Counted from the first letter of the stretch, positions 29,111 through 39,837 are shown. The stretch: 64,000 nt of DNA from Syntrophales bacterium (GCA_963662405.2 CAXXKT010000001.1:32001-96000), one strand, 5' to 3'. Numbers and translations are program-made. Notes: generated from the letters alone by a model not told the origin.

Positions 29111-29929
29111 TCAGGAAAGGAACGGCAGTATGTCGTACAGCGTCACCCTTCCCGGATCTTTTTTCTTTTTCCTGCGGTCATTGAATCGGTGGATACCCTG
29201 AAACGGCCTTCCGGTAATCCCCTCCTCAATACCGTCATAGACGACGTCCTCCGTATAGGTCTCTCTGAAGGTCCGACAGACGGGTTCCGCGCATGATGTC
29301 CCCATGTCTTCAATGACAGACACAAGCAACTTGAGAACCTCACGCGAAGCGCATCGGACGGGTGATTCCCACGGCCTTCCCATCTCGAAATCGCAGTGAT
29401 ACAGGACACCCTGAGCAAGAATGATGTTCCGGGTATTCGCGTCGATATGAAAGAGCCGGTTGTCGCCGGTACGGAGTGCAACCCGGTGGCGGCCGCCGGT
29501 GTCCAGGAAGAGTGCGGCCAGTTGTTCCTGCTTTTCAGCCGCGCCGAACCGCTCCGACCGGATAAATTCCCTGATCGTCATCCCCTCGATATATCGCGTG
29601 GTCAGGACGGGGAGATGTGATAACTCAGCAAAAGGGTTCTCGGTGATGGCCGGGACGCCATAATCGTTTTTTTCCCAGTGCCGGAGGACCTCCTTCTCAA
29701 AGTCCCTCCGACGGGACGGTGATCGGTATTCAACGGGCTGTCTCATTCCGAGACCATCGAGAGCCCTCCTGATCTCATAGGACACCCGCGGTTCTTTCGG
29801 ACCGTACACCTTCACGAAAAGATGATCCCCGCCGAAGGGAATCTTGTACGCGGCGTTCGTGTGGGCAGACCGAATCCGGTACTGTTCAAATTCGTCCCGC
29901 AGATCGCGCCGGCTACTTCTGGAAGACAT
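29111..29929 (-). CDS. protein kinase-like fold protein (LPS/sugar kinase-like)
   Basis: LFVKVY, YGVP, HIDANTRNI catalytic loop, CDFE. Confidence 0.6.
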   Translation of the reverse strand: MSSRSSRRDLRDEFEQYRIRSAHTNAAYKIPFGGDHLFVKVYGPKEPRVSYEIRRALDGLGMRQPVEYRSPSRRRDFEKEVLRHWEKNDYGVPAITENPFAELSHLPVLTTRYIEGMTIREFIRSERFGAAEKQEQLAALFLDTGGRHRVALRTGDNRLFHIDANTRNIILAQGVLYHCDFEMGRPWESPVRCASREVLKLLVSVIEDMGTSCAEPVCRTFRETYTEDVVYDGIEEGITGRPFQGIHRFNDRRKKKKDPGRVTLYDILPFLS

Positions 29930-30545
29930 ATATCAAATCCTGACTGAATACCGTCGGCCACAGTTTGGCACGGATGGTATGCTTGGGGGTGGTTAAACGG
30001 TGCAACCGAAAACCGGCACGCGCAACCATCCGCTGAAAGTCGGGACCGGTCTGGAAGTTCACGTGAGCCCCCGATATGGGCGGAAAGGTGCCGAAGAGAA
30101 ATTTCAGACGGTGGTGATAGTAACAGATGTTCGGGATCACCCCGATAAACCAGCCGCCATCCGTGAGCAGCTCCCGCACCTGTCCGACAAACCGCTCCGG
30201 GTCCTGGAGATGATGAACGATCCTGCTGGCGATGACAAGATCCATCGGCTCCGGGTAAGAGGGGAGCCCTTTGTTGAGATCACATACCGTGATGGTGCTC
30301 GTATCGAAATCGTACAGTTCGAACGCCTTCTTCGATATCTCTATACCGTATGCATGATACCGTTCCCCAAGCCTTTTGAAGACATGTCCCGGACCGACAC
30401 CACAGTCCAGGATCCGTGCCTCCTCTTCCCCGAGAAGACCGGCCGCCGTTTCAATGATCGAACGGTGGACATCGGTAAACTGATAGTGTCCCTTATCCAC
30501 CCGATCTTCCCAGTATTTGTCATATCCCGAAGCGATGTCCGTCAT
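29913..30545 (-). CDS. class I SAM-dependent methyltransferase
   Basis: ILDCGVGPG, GIEIS, DLNKGLP, HHLQDP; ATGA overlap with the upstream gene. Confidence 0.85.
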   Translation of the reverse strand: MTDIASGYDKYWEDRVDKGHYQFTDVHRSIIETAAGLLGEEEARILDCGVGPGHVFKRLGERYHAYGIEISKKAFELYDFDTSTITVCDLNKGLPSYPEPMDLVIASRIVHHLQDPERFVGQVRELLTDGGWFIGVIPNICYYHHRLKFLFGTFPPISGAHVNFQTGPDFQRMVARAGFRLHRLTTPKHTIRAKLWPTVFSQDLIYVFQK

Positions 30546-31561
30546 CTTTTTCCTTTCAGTTCGCCTAAGACCCATTCGAATATCTTACGCATCTGCTGTT
30601 CATATGTATAGTCGGCCAGGACCCGTCTCTGACCCGCAAGGGCGATTGTTCTCCTCTCCTCTTCGTGATCCAGGTAATATCGCACCTTTTCCACCATCTC
30701 ATCATCCGTATCGAACACATCCATCTCTCTCCCGACATCGTATATACTCTCGATACCGGATGTCCTCCTGCAGAGATAAAAACCTCCGCACCCCATCACG
30801 GCAAAGCTTCGATTGCTCAGGTATTTCCCTTTGAAAGGGGTATCCGCATCCTGGCCGACAAAGATCTTGCTGTGCCGAATGACATCCGCAAAATCCTTCA
30901 TATACGCCTCGCCCCCCGTCCATGAACGATGCACGCCCCCGTAAAAATATTTTAAATTCCTCATCTGTCTGCAGAGTCGCGGCCCCCACCACTTGACATC
31001 GATCCCCTCTTTCCTGAGCCGGGCAATCAACTGGGACCGCTTTGTATAGATCGGTTTCCCCATGGAGCCAATCATGGCGGCATCCGCATAATATGAGGAA
31101 GGTACCGGTATACCGGGCACATCCGTCAATCCGAAAAACTCGGGGGCAAACCCCTGGTGTATCCAGGTGACATGCTTTATCCCCTTGTCCAGGAGGGAAA
31201 ACATATTGTGGTCCGCGTTCACCACCACACAATCAAAGGCCCGCGCCAGGGGAACCATCCACTCCTCAAGCGAGAGCATGGTAAACCAGAGGATGGTAAC
31301 ACACCCGCATTGTTTTACCTTTGCGGCAAAATCAGGCGAAAACCTTTCTCCCTTCAGGGTAAAGAAAAAATCCGGTTTTTCGGCTGCAACGATGCGCAGG
31401 ATATCGTGTTCATAATCGGGGTGTGTCCGGTAATCGTATCCGATCACCTTATATCCGAGTCGTTCTATCCCCGCAATCATGTATCTGCCCGAGTTCAAAG
31501 GTTCATCGATAGGACCGCAGAACAGGACCTTCCCGGACCGTTTCACTCCATCCGTCATCAT
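30542..31561 (-). CDS. glycosyltransferase (CgeB-like GT-B)
   Basis: KGE, SKI, SNRSFAVMGCGGFYL, KVRYYLDH.EER..IA.AG. Confidence 0.8.
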   Translation of the reverse strand: MMTDGVKRSGKVLFCGPIDEPLNSGRYMIAGIERLGYKVIGYDYRTHPDYEHDILRIVAAEKPDFFFTLKGERFSPDFAAKVKQCGCVTILWFTMLSLEEWMVPLARAFDCVVVNADHNMFSLLDKGIKHVTWIHQGFAPEFFGLTDVPGIPVPSSYYADAAMIGSMGKPIYTKRSQLIARLRKEGIDVKWWGPRLCRQMRNLKYFYGGVHRSWTGGEAYMKDFADVIRHSKIFVGQDADTPFKGKYLSNRSFAVMGCGGFYLCRRTSGIESIYDVGREMDVFDTDDEMVEKVRYYLDHEEERRTIALAGQRRVLADYTYEQQMRKIFEWVLGELKGKR

Positions 31562-32160
31562 ACCGGTTTTACCTTCTTCATTCCTTCCTTCCGAGATGAA
31601 AAGATCCGTCTGATCGCCCACATCCAATGCCACCGCGTCATCCCCCGGGAATCATTGACGAGGGTCATGACACGCGGACAGGTGAACGGCTCTTCCAGGG
31701 GAATCTCGTTTTTACCCTTCTGTATCAGAAACTTCTCAGGGGCCTTTTTCTCTCTTCGTTTCAACCGGCGTATGCGTTCGTCTTCGCTCAGCTGCACGGT
31801 AACGTAGATGTCCGCACAGTCCAGGAAACGGCTCGGTATCCAGTTGGAAAAGATAATAACCGGTGCATCGGTGGACTCCAGGGCACGACCAGCCATGCCC
31901 TTCGCAATCCGGATCTTTTCCCATTCCAGTCGCCAGAACCGGGTCGAATAGATCGTATTGTCATCAATGACCAGAATGTCTCTCCGGCGAATGGGGCCGA
32001 ATCCCAGTCGTACCCATCTCTTGACCAGATACGTTTTCCCTGCGCCGGGGAGACCGGCCACGGCAACCACGACCCTCTCCTTGCGGCGAAGGACAGACCG
32101 TATCTCCTGCAGCAACCTTTCCAGACCCCGGGGTCCCGTATACGTACCGATATCTTTCAT
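31558..32160 (-). CDS. P-loop protein (nucleoside kinase-like fold)
   Basis: VAVAGLPGAGKT Walker A, ERIRRLKRRE lid-like motif; ATGA overlaps on both sides. Confidence 0.65.
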   Translation of the reverse strand: MKDIGTYTGPRGLERLLQEIRSVLRRKERVVVAVAGLPGAGKTYLVKRWVRLGFGPIRRRDILVIDDNTIYSTRFWRLEWEKIRIAKGMAGRALESTDAPVIIFSNWIPSRFLDCADIYVTVQLSEDERIRRLKRREKKAPEKFLIQKGKNEIPLEEPFTCPRVMTLVNDSRGMTRWHWMWAIRRIFSSRKEGMKKVKPV

Positions 32161-33248
32161 GCACTCGCTTCGCTCGGCTTCTTGTCCCGTGCCGACAGGA
32201 GGGCCCGAATCTTCGGTCCCAGGACCGCGATGACCTCTTCGGCGGAAAGCTCATCAAGACACCTGCTCGTGCCGGATCCGTCACACCCCTTCTTGCCACA
32301 CGGCACACAGGGCCAGTCTTTTTGTATGACCTCGTGTCCCTCGCCCCACGGTCCCCACCGAAACCGACGCGACGGTCCGAAGATCGCCACGACAGGCGTC
32401 CCAACCGCCGCAGCGACATGCATGGGACCGGAATCGATCCCCACGAACAACAGCGAGCGCGCGGTTATAACAGCCAATTGGTTCAGGGATAGCTGTCCTC
32501 CGAGATCGGCAGGGGGACTGTCCGCGAGCCGGACTACCCGATCGCACAGTGAACGTTCCACGGGGTTATTCCCGCCGACGAGCACCGTCCTGATCCCGTA
32601 TTGTTTTGACACATAATCACAGATCGCCGTGTAACCGCCGATCCGCCATGCCTTATGCCCATCCCGGGAACAGGGGTGAATCACCACAAAATCGTCGTTT
32701 CGGGATATCCCCTTCTCCTCCAGGATACCCGCACACACATCATCTTCGAACCGGTCCAGGGAGAAGGTAATCTCTTTACCGGGAATTGACAATCCCAGTT
32801 TTTTAACCATCTCGAGATGATGATCGACGATGTGCTGCACCCCCGGCGGGGTCACGACATCGGTATACAATAGATGACGGTCGATGACCTTTCTCTGCCT
32901 CGTTGCGAACCCCAACCGCGTTTCCGCACCCGTCACAAATCCGTAAAAGGCCCCGCGGTCACTCCGGCTCAGATCCAGTACAAGGTCAAAACGTTGTTTT
33001 CGCAGCTCCGCAATCAGTTGCATCTGTCGAAGGACGCGGCGAATCGGGTTCGTGGCTCTCGGAAGCGTAAAAACCCTGTCGATAGACGGATTATGGCCAA
33101 GGACGGGGGCAGCATCCTCATGGACCAGAGCGGCGATATACGCATCGGGGTGGTGGTATCGGAGGGCCGCAAAGACCGGTGTCGTCAGGATCACATCACC
33201 GATATGACGCAGCTTGATAACGAGGATATTGTCTCTCTTCTCATACAT
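32157..33248 (-). CDS. GT9 heptosyltransferase (WaaQ-like)
   Basis: KLRHIGDVILTTP, GIDSGPMHVAAA, FGPS...WGPW. Confidence 0.88.
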   Translation of the reverse strand: MYEKRDNILVIKLRHIGDVILTTPVFAALRYHHPDAYIAALVHEDAAPVLGHNPSIDRVFTLPRATNPIRRVLRQMQLIAELRKQRFDLVLDLSRSDRGAFYGFVTGAETRLGFATRQRKVIDRHLLYTDVVTPPGVQHIVDHHLEMVKKLGLSIPGKEITFSLDRFEDDVCAGILEEKGISRNDDFVVIHPCSRDGHKAWRIGGYTAICDYVSKQYGIRTVLVGGNNPVERSLCDRVVRLADSPPADLGGQLSLNQLAVITARSLLFVGIDSGPMHVAAAVGTPVVAIFGPSRRFRWGPWGEGHEVIQKDWPCVPCGKKGCDGSGTSRCLDELSAEEVIAVLGPKIRALLSARDKKPSEASA

Positions 33249-34395
33249 GCCGGGCCATTCCCATCACAATCTCATCATAGATATGGAATACTTTTTTCAT
33301 ATGCTCTTTCCACGAGAATGCAGTCAGGAGTTCAGAGTTATACCCCCTGAGGGAGGAACGACTTAATGCCAATCCCTTCAGGATCTTGGCCGCTATTTCT
33401 TGGGAATCAACCGGATCTTCCACTATGAATCCGTTTCGGCCTTCCGTGATCGCTTCCGACGCACCGTTGATCCGGGAGGTCACGATCGGCAGGCCCGATG
33501 CCATCGCCTCAAGACAGACATTGCTGAAGGGCTCATAGATAGTCGGGAAAACAAATAGATCGCTTGCGTTATAATATTGCTCCGGATGAACCACCGGTCC
33601 GACAAAATGGACCCTCTCTTCGATATCCAGTTTTCGGGCCAATGTCCGGTATGGTCGAAGACGATCTTTCCCGACCACGAGCAATCGAATGGTGGGATCG
33701 AGTTGAGAGAGCGCTTCCATGGTAGCACGAAGTCCCTTCCTTCGAAATCCGGACCCGACAAAGATCAGTACGGTGTCGGTTAATGGGATGAAAAGGGATT
33801 CCCTCAGCTGAATCCTTGACTCGTCATCATTATCAATCATATAGAGGCTCGGATCTACGGGGTTGTATATAACCCGTATCTTCTCCGATGGAACGCCGTA
33901 GTGATGCATGATCTCCCGTTTCCCCCGCTCGGAGTTGGCGATGACCACCCGGCAGTTGCCCTCCGCAAATATCCTTTTTTCTATCGAGAGCAGGGCGATA
34001 TGGAGGGGATTCAGCCGATTGATAATCCGTTTCGGCCAAGGATCGATCTTTTCTCTCTGCACGAGCCACTCACGGTGGCATCCGTCGCCCGCGCGATAGA
34101 CATCCTGGCAGGTGGTGCGTTCAAAACTGTGTATGATATCGAATCGTTCCTGCTTCAACAACCGACGCGCATTAACGGCGAACGAAATCACTTCGAGGAC
34201 GGAGAGGCCCGAGATCACCGGGACCGGGTGAAAGACGACTCCCCCGCCTTCCGATTCATCCGGCCGTCCCCTCCATTCATGAGCGAAAACGTGCACTTCG
34301 TGTCCCGCTTCGAGAAGATGCCCGGCGAGAGCCGCCGTATAACGCTCTGCGCCGCCGAAGTCGGTATATCGTTGTCTGACCATCGCGATCTTCAT
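33241..34395 (-). CDS. GT4 glycosyltransferase (WaaG-like)
   Basis: FGGAER, FVGSGFRRKGL, YEPFSNVCLEAMASG. Confidence 0.9.
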   Translation of the reverse strand: MKIAMVRQRYTDFGGAERYTAALAGHLLEAGHEVHVFAHEWRGRPDESEGGGVVFHPVPVISGLSVLEVISFAVNARRLLKQERFDIIHSFERTTCQDVYRAGDGCHREWLVQREKIDPWPKRIINRLNPLHIALLSIEKRIFAEGNCRVVIANSERGKREIMHHYGVPSEKIRVIYNPVDPSLYMIDNDDESRIQLRESLFIPLTDTVLIFVGSGFRRKGLRATMEALSQLDPTIRLLVVGKDRLRPYRTLARKLDIEERVHFVGPVVHPEQYYNASDLFVFPTIYEPFSNVCLEAMASGLPIVTSRINGASEAITEGRNGFIVEDPVDSQEIAAKILKGLALSRSSLRGYNSELLTAFSWKEHMKKVFHIYDEIVMGMARHV

Positions 34396-35162
34396 AGCTC
34401 AGCATCCTGCAGTTCGCGGAGTTTGATATATTTCAGAAAGGTGTAGAATGCGTAGAGACCGGAAAGGATGAAGCCGTAATACCCCTCAAGAAAACCACCA
34501 CGAATCACGTACATGTTGATGAAGGTATAGAGGGGGCGAAAGAGGATGTGGTGGACACCGTATCTCCTCTGCTCCTTTAACAGCTCCTGCGCCGCGAGGG
34601 TGGAATACCGGTCGAGTCGCTCCATAAAATCACCCAGTGACGTATAGGTGTGATGCTCCATCGGACAGGCAAGACGTCCGGCACCTCCGTCAAGCTCTAT
34701 CGCTTCGTGCACTTCCCGTATCCCGAATCGGCCCTTTCCCCTCTTGAAAAGCCGTAAGGTGTGATCGGGGTACCACCCGCATCGTCTGATCCATCGCCCC
34801 AGAAAAAAATTTTTCCTCGCTATGAAATACCCGTTCTCCGGATAATCGCTCCCGAGAACGGTGATGATTTCCTCTCGTAATTGAGGGGTCACCCTCTCAT
34901 CGGCATCAAGGCTCAATATCCACCCTCTCGTCGCCTTCTCGATGGCACTGTTCTTCTGACGGGCGAAGCCTTTCCACGGTTCTCGGTAAAAATCGACCCC
35001 GAATCGGCTGCATATCTCCTCTGTTCGGTCAACACTGTCCGAGTCAACGACAATAATCTCATCGGCCCACCGGACGCTTTCGAGACACTCCCCGATATTG
35101 TTTTCTTCATTATGGGTAATAATAACAACGGATAGATCCGTTGAACGATTTTTGTCGATCAT
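34392..35162 (-). CDS. GT2 glycosyltransferase (KdtX/WaaE-like)
   Basis: IITHNEE.NI..CLESV.WADEIIVVDS, LDADE, WYPD, VHE. Confidence 0.9.
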   Translation of the reverse strand: MIDKNRSTDLSVVIITHNEENNIGECLESVRWADEIIVVDSDSVDRTEEICSRFGVDFYREPWKGFARQKNSAIEKATRGWILSLDADERVTPQLREEIITVLGSDYPENGYFIARKNFFLGRWIRRCGWYPDHTLRLFKRGKGRFGIREVHEAIELDGGAGRLACPMEHHTYTSLGDFMERLDRYSTLAAQELLKEQRRYGVHHILFRPLYTFINMYVIRGGFLEGYYGFILSGLYAFYTFLKYIKLRELQDAEL

Positions 35163-35314
35163 CTCTGTATCACCGTTTACAGTGCGTCAGGATTGCGGTC
35201 TGAAAAACACCTGGTAATGCGGGCAAGGCCGGTTCGAACCGCCATTGATACTGATCGACTGCTGCCGCCCTATCGCAAAACCAACCGAATATGGCCGCGG
35301 GTATAACCCTGATT

Positions 35315-36583
35315 TCAAGATTGATTATACCCTCTCTCCTTTTCCTGCGCCAGTTTCCATAAAATGGTTATCATGGCAAGTAATATATATACATTCCAAC
35401 CGGCGGCGCCATGAAGGATAGAACCGAAAAACCCCGCGATCAACATCCCCGTCAGTGAAGCCAGGAGGTACGCCCCCCATCTCATGACGGCCGGATCACG
35501 GCAATTCATGATCATCCGATTGAGCTGTAAGGCCTTGAGTATGATAAGCCCGAAGAGGATGAGACCGACGAGTCCCAGACGCACGACGAGATCAAAGACG
35601 AAGCCATGGGGAGAAGACGCGGGCTCAGGGCTCTGCAACCGTTCAGGCACTTTGGGATTGTATTTGGTCCACATATGTTTTTCAAAGGTCTTGCCTCCGA
35701 ACCCGACTCCGGCAATCGGATGATCCTTACATATTTCCACACAGGTATAATAAATCCCGATTCTCGGGTCTTTGCAAAGCGCCTCCGGCCTGAGAAGCTT
35801 CAGGTGGGGAGAGCACAGGTATCCCCCCCCGACGATCAACGACAAGGCCACGAGCGCGGGGATGATCCACCTCCTGTAGACCTTGTTTGCAAGAAGCAAG
35901 ACAAGGGCGGAGATGACGAGGGCAATCAAGGCGGCTCGCGAGTATGACAGGAGCATCGCCGTCAATGTCCCGGCGAAACAGACGAAAAGAAGGACCCTGA
36001 GAGGCCATCGTTTCTCCCATGTAAGGAAAAAGAAAGACAGAAATGCACAAAAAAGATTGAGGATAGCACTTGAATTAACCGGAGCACCGGTTGAATGAAT
36101 CAGTCGTTGATTGAGAGGAATGTCCATCACGATATAAAAATGCACTATACCCCTGAGAGCGAAGATGGATGTGGAAACGATAAGAATCCACGTGAGGATA
36201 ATCAGCTTTTTTTCCGAACTGAAATAATTGACTATCACATAATATATCACGACACATTTGATCACATGGGCGTACACATCATGGATAGTGTTCGGCACAT
36301 CAATCGCCCAGAAGGTACTCGCACCGGCCCAGAGGACAAAAAGGGCAAAGGGGACTGTCAAGGGAGAGCGCAATGAAAACGCAGATCTTCCGGAAGCAAT
36401 GAGAGCGATAATAGTTATAACGATAACATAGAAAGATATTTCTTTGATGGCGGTCGTGTGCGGGAAGGGGTTAAAGAATACCATCACCCCTGCCAGCACA
36501 AAGACAAATTGATCGAGGAATGCACCTGCTCCCCTTTGGAACACACGATTTGTAATGAATTTGTTTCTAAGAGTATTCATCAT
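35315..36583 (-). CDS. waaL: O-antigen ligase family protein
   Basis: Many TM helices, SYSRAA, R..IY......HPIAGVGFG, PH..VFDL. Confidence 0.8.
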   Translation of the reverse strand: MMNTLRNKFITNRVFQRGAGAFLDQFVFVLAGVMVFFNPFPHTTAIKEISFYVIVITIIALIASGRSAFSLRSPLTVPFALFVLWAGASTFWAIDVPNTIHDVYAHVIKCVVIYYVIVNYFSSEKKLIILTWILIVSTSIFALRGIVHFYIVMDIPLNQRLIHSTGAPVNSSAILNLFCAFLSFFFLTWEKRWPLRVLLFVCFAGTLTAMLLSYSRAALIALVISALVLLLANKVYRRWIIPALVALSLIVGGGYLCSPHLKLLRPEALCKDPRIGIYYTCVEICKDHPIAGVGFGGKTFEKHMWTKYNPKVPERLQSPEPASSPHGFVFDLVVRLGLVGLILFGLIILKALQLNRMIMNCRDPAVMRWGAYLLASLTGMLIAGFFGSILHGAAGWNVYILLAMITILWKLAQEKERGYNQS

Positions 36584-36763
36584 TTATCAGCCAAAAACAC
36601 AGGCCATTGAAATTACCGATGGGATATTCCCCGTAATTCTTCTCAAATATCTTTCATGATCGTGGCAACGACAGCAAAGAACTCATCAAACCATCTAATG
36701 GAATCTTCGAGTTTTTATATAAATCGCTCTTCCGAATCATGAAACGGGCTTCAACCTCACCCG

Positions 36764-37759
36764 TCACTGAATACCGTACAAAACATGTCCGTTGACCCTT
36801 GACTCTACAGCTGCCCCCTCACGCCTCAATTCAACGAGGTGGACATATGTTTCATTCAGGGCGAGGAACCTGTCGAATCCGGGCAGGTCCACCCCAAAGA
36901 TCTCCCCGGATACCTGCAATGCCGTCTTGCCTTCCCGAGTCAGGGATGAGCGGATGTTTCGTTTTTTCTCTTCGTGATGTCTTCTGATCTCTGCGACTAT
37001 CGGTTTCAGGTCTGAAAAGGGGGCCCCGTGGGACGGCAGGACACGGGAAACCGGCAGATCCTCTATGCACGTCAAGGAATCAAGCATGGCCTGGGCGGGG
37101 CGGAATTCGGGACAGAACAGATCCGGGCGGAGATTGAAGACGCTATCAGGCAAGATATGATCACCGGAGAGAAGGATCCCTTCCTTTCGGAAGAAATAAC
37201 AGACATGGTCTCGGGCGTGGCCGGGACTCGGGATAACCTCTACCGTTGTATGGCCGAACTGATACACCTTTCCAAAATCCAGAAATTCGTCGACCTGAAA
37301 GGGCGTGGTCGCCTTTCGAAAATATCTGAGAAAGATCACATAGGAGTCCACCGTTTCTTCGGCAATTCCCTGTCGCGTATAGAATTTCTTTACCGTATCC
37401 GCCACGATCCGCTGATCGTGATTATCGTCCAGGATCTGAGTACCGATCTCGGACATGTGGATCGTCGCGCCGGATATCTCCTTGATCGTTCCCGCCAGAC
37501 CGCAGTGATCGGCGTGATAGTGGGTGATAAAGATATGTCCTATATTGCGGACCGACCGGCCGATCTCCCGCAAGGCCTCTTCAAACCGCGCAAACGTCCC
37601 CCCCAGATTCAACCCCGTATCAAAGAGGATCACACTCTCCCCATCGACAAGCACGACGATATTGACGGGCCGGAGGCGAAAGGGCATGGGGAGGGTAATC
37701 AGATACAGAGTATCAGTAATCTTTTCAACTGATGCTGACGGGTCCCGAGCGATCGGCAT
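36764..37759 (-). CDS. MBL-fold metallo-hydrolase
   Basis: DTG, THYHADHCG, PGH, SGDH, PSHG. Confidence 0.88.
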   Translation of the reverse strand: MPIARDPSASVEKITDTLYLITLPMPFRLRPVNIVVLVDGESVILFDTGLNLGGTFARFEEALREIGRSVRNIGHIFITHYHADHCGLAGTIKEISGATIHMSEIGTQILDDNHDQRIVADTVKKFYTRQGIAEETVDSYVIFLRYFRKATTPFQVDEFLDFGKVYQFGHTTVEVIPSPGHARDHVCYFFRKEGILLSGDHILPDSVFNLRPDLFCPEFRPAQAMLDSLTCIEDLPVSRVLPSHGAPFSDLKPIVAEIRRHHEEKKRNIRSSLTREGKTALQVSGEIFGVDLPGFDRFLALNETYVHLVELRREGAAVESRVNGHVLYGIQ

Positions 37760-39486
37760 TACAGGTTCGTCCCTTTGAACTGCATATTGTGGAGCCTCGC
37801 ATACTCGCCTCCCTGCGCCATCAGGGTATCATGGTTCCCCTCCTCAACGATTTCCCCGTCAGCCAGGACAACGATCCGATCGGCATGACTGATCGTCGAG
37901 AGCCGATGGGCGATGACCAGGGTTGTTCTTCCTTTCATGAGGTTTTCAAGGGCCCCCTGTACCTCCATCTCCGATTCCGTATCGAGGGAAGACGTGGCTT
38001 CATCGAGGATCAGAATGGGTGCATCCTTCAAGAGTGCCCGCGCAATGGAAAGGCGTTGTTTTTCACCCCCCGATAGACGCGCTCCCTGCTCCCCGATGAT
38101 CGTATCGAATCCCTTCGGCAGGTTCCGGATAAACTGATAGGCATTGGCCGACCGGGCGGCCCGGATGATTTCCTCTTCACTCTTCCGTATATCGCCATAA
38201 GCAATATTGTTCCTGACCGTGTCATTGAACAGTATCGTCTGCTGTGTCACGATCCCGATCTGTCCTCGAAGCGACTCGATGGTCACATCCCGTATGTCAT
38301 GACCGTCGATCAGGATCCGCCCTTCGGTCACATCATAGAACCGCGGTATCAGATTCACCAGGGTCGTCTTTCCTCCCCCGCTCATACCGACAAAGGCCAC
38401 CACCTCACCGACCCTGACTTCAAGATTGATATTTTTGAGAACCGGTTCATCACCATAACTGAAGGTGACCTTTTTGATTTCGATCCCCCGTGAAATCCGC
38501 GACAGCGGCAGGGCATTCTCATCGTTACGTATCGTCGGCGTCATATCCATGATCGCGAACACCCTGGTGGTTGCGGCGATCCCCTTCTGGATCGTGTTGT
38601 TGACGTTGGTAAGCCTCTTGACCGGTTCATAGAGCATAATCAGGGCGGCGAGGAAGGAAAAGAAGGTGCCCGGCGTAGAGATACCGTTGATGACTTGATA
38701 TCCCCCGTAAAAGATGATCGCGGCGATTCCCAGGCCACCCAGAAATTCCATGAAGGGGGAGGACAGGGCCCGGATGGATACCGACTTCATATACAGTCTG
38801 AAAAGCTTTTCGTTCTCTTTTGAAAATCTCCTCCCCTCATATCCCTCCATCCCGAAGGCCTTGACGATCCGCGTCCCCGATATCGTCTCCTGCAGCAGAC
38901 TGGACAGGCTCCCCATGGTCACCTGGGTCCCGGTGGCCACCTTCCTCATTTTCTCACCGAATTTGGCGATGGGATAGATGGTCAGAGGAAAGACAAAGGC
39001 GGCAATGATAGCCAATTTCCAGTCACGATAGAAGATGACGAAGATGAGACCGATGAGCGTGAAGGAATCCTTGAAGAGACTCGATACGGCTTCCGAAACG
39101 GCCCCCTGGATCTGGTTCACATCGTTTGTGATGCGTGACATCAGTATCCCCGTCGGGTGCTTGCCGAAAAAGGAGAGGGCCTGCTTCTGGATGTGGTTGT
39201 ACAGGTCACTCCTCAAATCGGTGATGACCCGCTGGCCGATAAAGTTCATCAGGACCGTCTGCCCGTAGCTGCAGGCACCTTTGATAAAATACACGGCAAT
39301 GATGACGACCGGGATCCACTTCAGTTTGCTGCTATCTTTCGCGAGGAAGATCCCGTCCAGAGCGGGCTTGACCAGAAAGGCCAGTGCGGATGTCGTAGCT
39401 CCCACGGCGAGCATGCACACCATGGCACCGAGAAATTTCGGTATATGCGGCTTCGCCAGCCGTAAGATACGCTTGAATTCGTTCAT
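37759..39486 (-). CDS. msbA: lipid A export ABC transporter
   Basis: TMD plus GMSGGGKTT, LSGGEKQR, DEATSSLD; LPS locus context. Confidence 0.92.
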   Translation of the reverse strand: MNEFKRILRLAKPHIPKFLGAMVCMLAVGATTSALAFLVKPALDGIFLAKDSSKLKWIPVVIIAVYFIKGACSYGQTVLMNFIGQRVITDLRSDLYNHIQKQALSFFGKHPTGILMSRITNDVNQIQGAVSEAVSSLFKDSFTLIGLIFVIFYRDWKLAIIAAFVFPLTIYPIAKFGEKMRKVATGTQVTMGSLSSLLQETISGTRIVKAFGMEGYEGRRFSKENEKLFRLYMKSVSIRALSSPFMEFLGGLGIAAIIFYGGYQVINGISTPGTFFSFLAALIMLYEPVKRLTNVNNTIQKGIAATTRVFAIMDMTPTIRNDENALPLSRISRGIEIKKVTFSYGDEPVLKNINLEVRVGEVVAFVGMSGGGKTTLVNLIPRFYDVTEGRILIDGHDIRDVTIESLRGQIGIVTQQTILFNDTVRNNIAYGDIRKSEEEIIRAARSANAYQFIRNLPKGFDTIIGEQGARLSGGEKQRLSIARALLKDAPILILDEATSSLDTESEMEVQGALENLMKGRTTLVIAHRLSTISHADRIVVLADGEIVEEGNHDTLMAQGGEYARLHNMQFKGTNL

Positions 39487-39577
39487 ATCTGTTCTCTACT
39501 GATGGTCGTTCCGGTCGTCTGCATGGACCGTCCCGACGCTTTCTCCGACTTAGTGAAAGACGGCCCGGATACGCCGC

Positions 39578-39748
39578 TCATTCCAGCGGCCTTGCCTCCT
39601 CGACGAGCATGATGGGGATACCATCCCGGATCTCATAGAAAAGCCTGCACGCGTCACAGATCAGCCCCGTCTCGTCTCCCGCCAGGCGAATAGCCCCTTT
39701 ACACCGCGGGCAGACAAGGATATCCAATAATTCCTCATCCATCTTCAT
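39578..39748 (-). CDS. Trm112/YcaR family protein (56 aa)
   Basis: Below the ORF-track cutoff. Hand translation: MKMDEELLDILVCPRCKGAIRL...LICDACRLFYEIRDGIPIMLVEEARPLE. Confidence 0.9.
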   Translation of the reverse strand: MKMDEELLDILVCPRCKGAIRLAGDETGLICDACRLFYEIRDGIPIMLVEEARPLE

Positions 39749-39837
39749 TATCGATCCCTCCTGTTCGCACGGGAGTCTCCACGCACGTGGCCTCTATACC
39801 ACTCACCGTGTGCCATGTAAACCTCAACGCCCGATCC

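Noticed and set aside
35163..35314. ops/JUMPstart element ahead of the glycosyltransferases
   Set aside because: Only GGCGGCAG is present, which mismatches GGCGGTAG and is expected by chance at this GC content.
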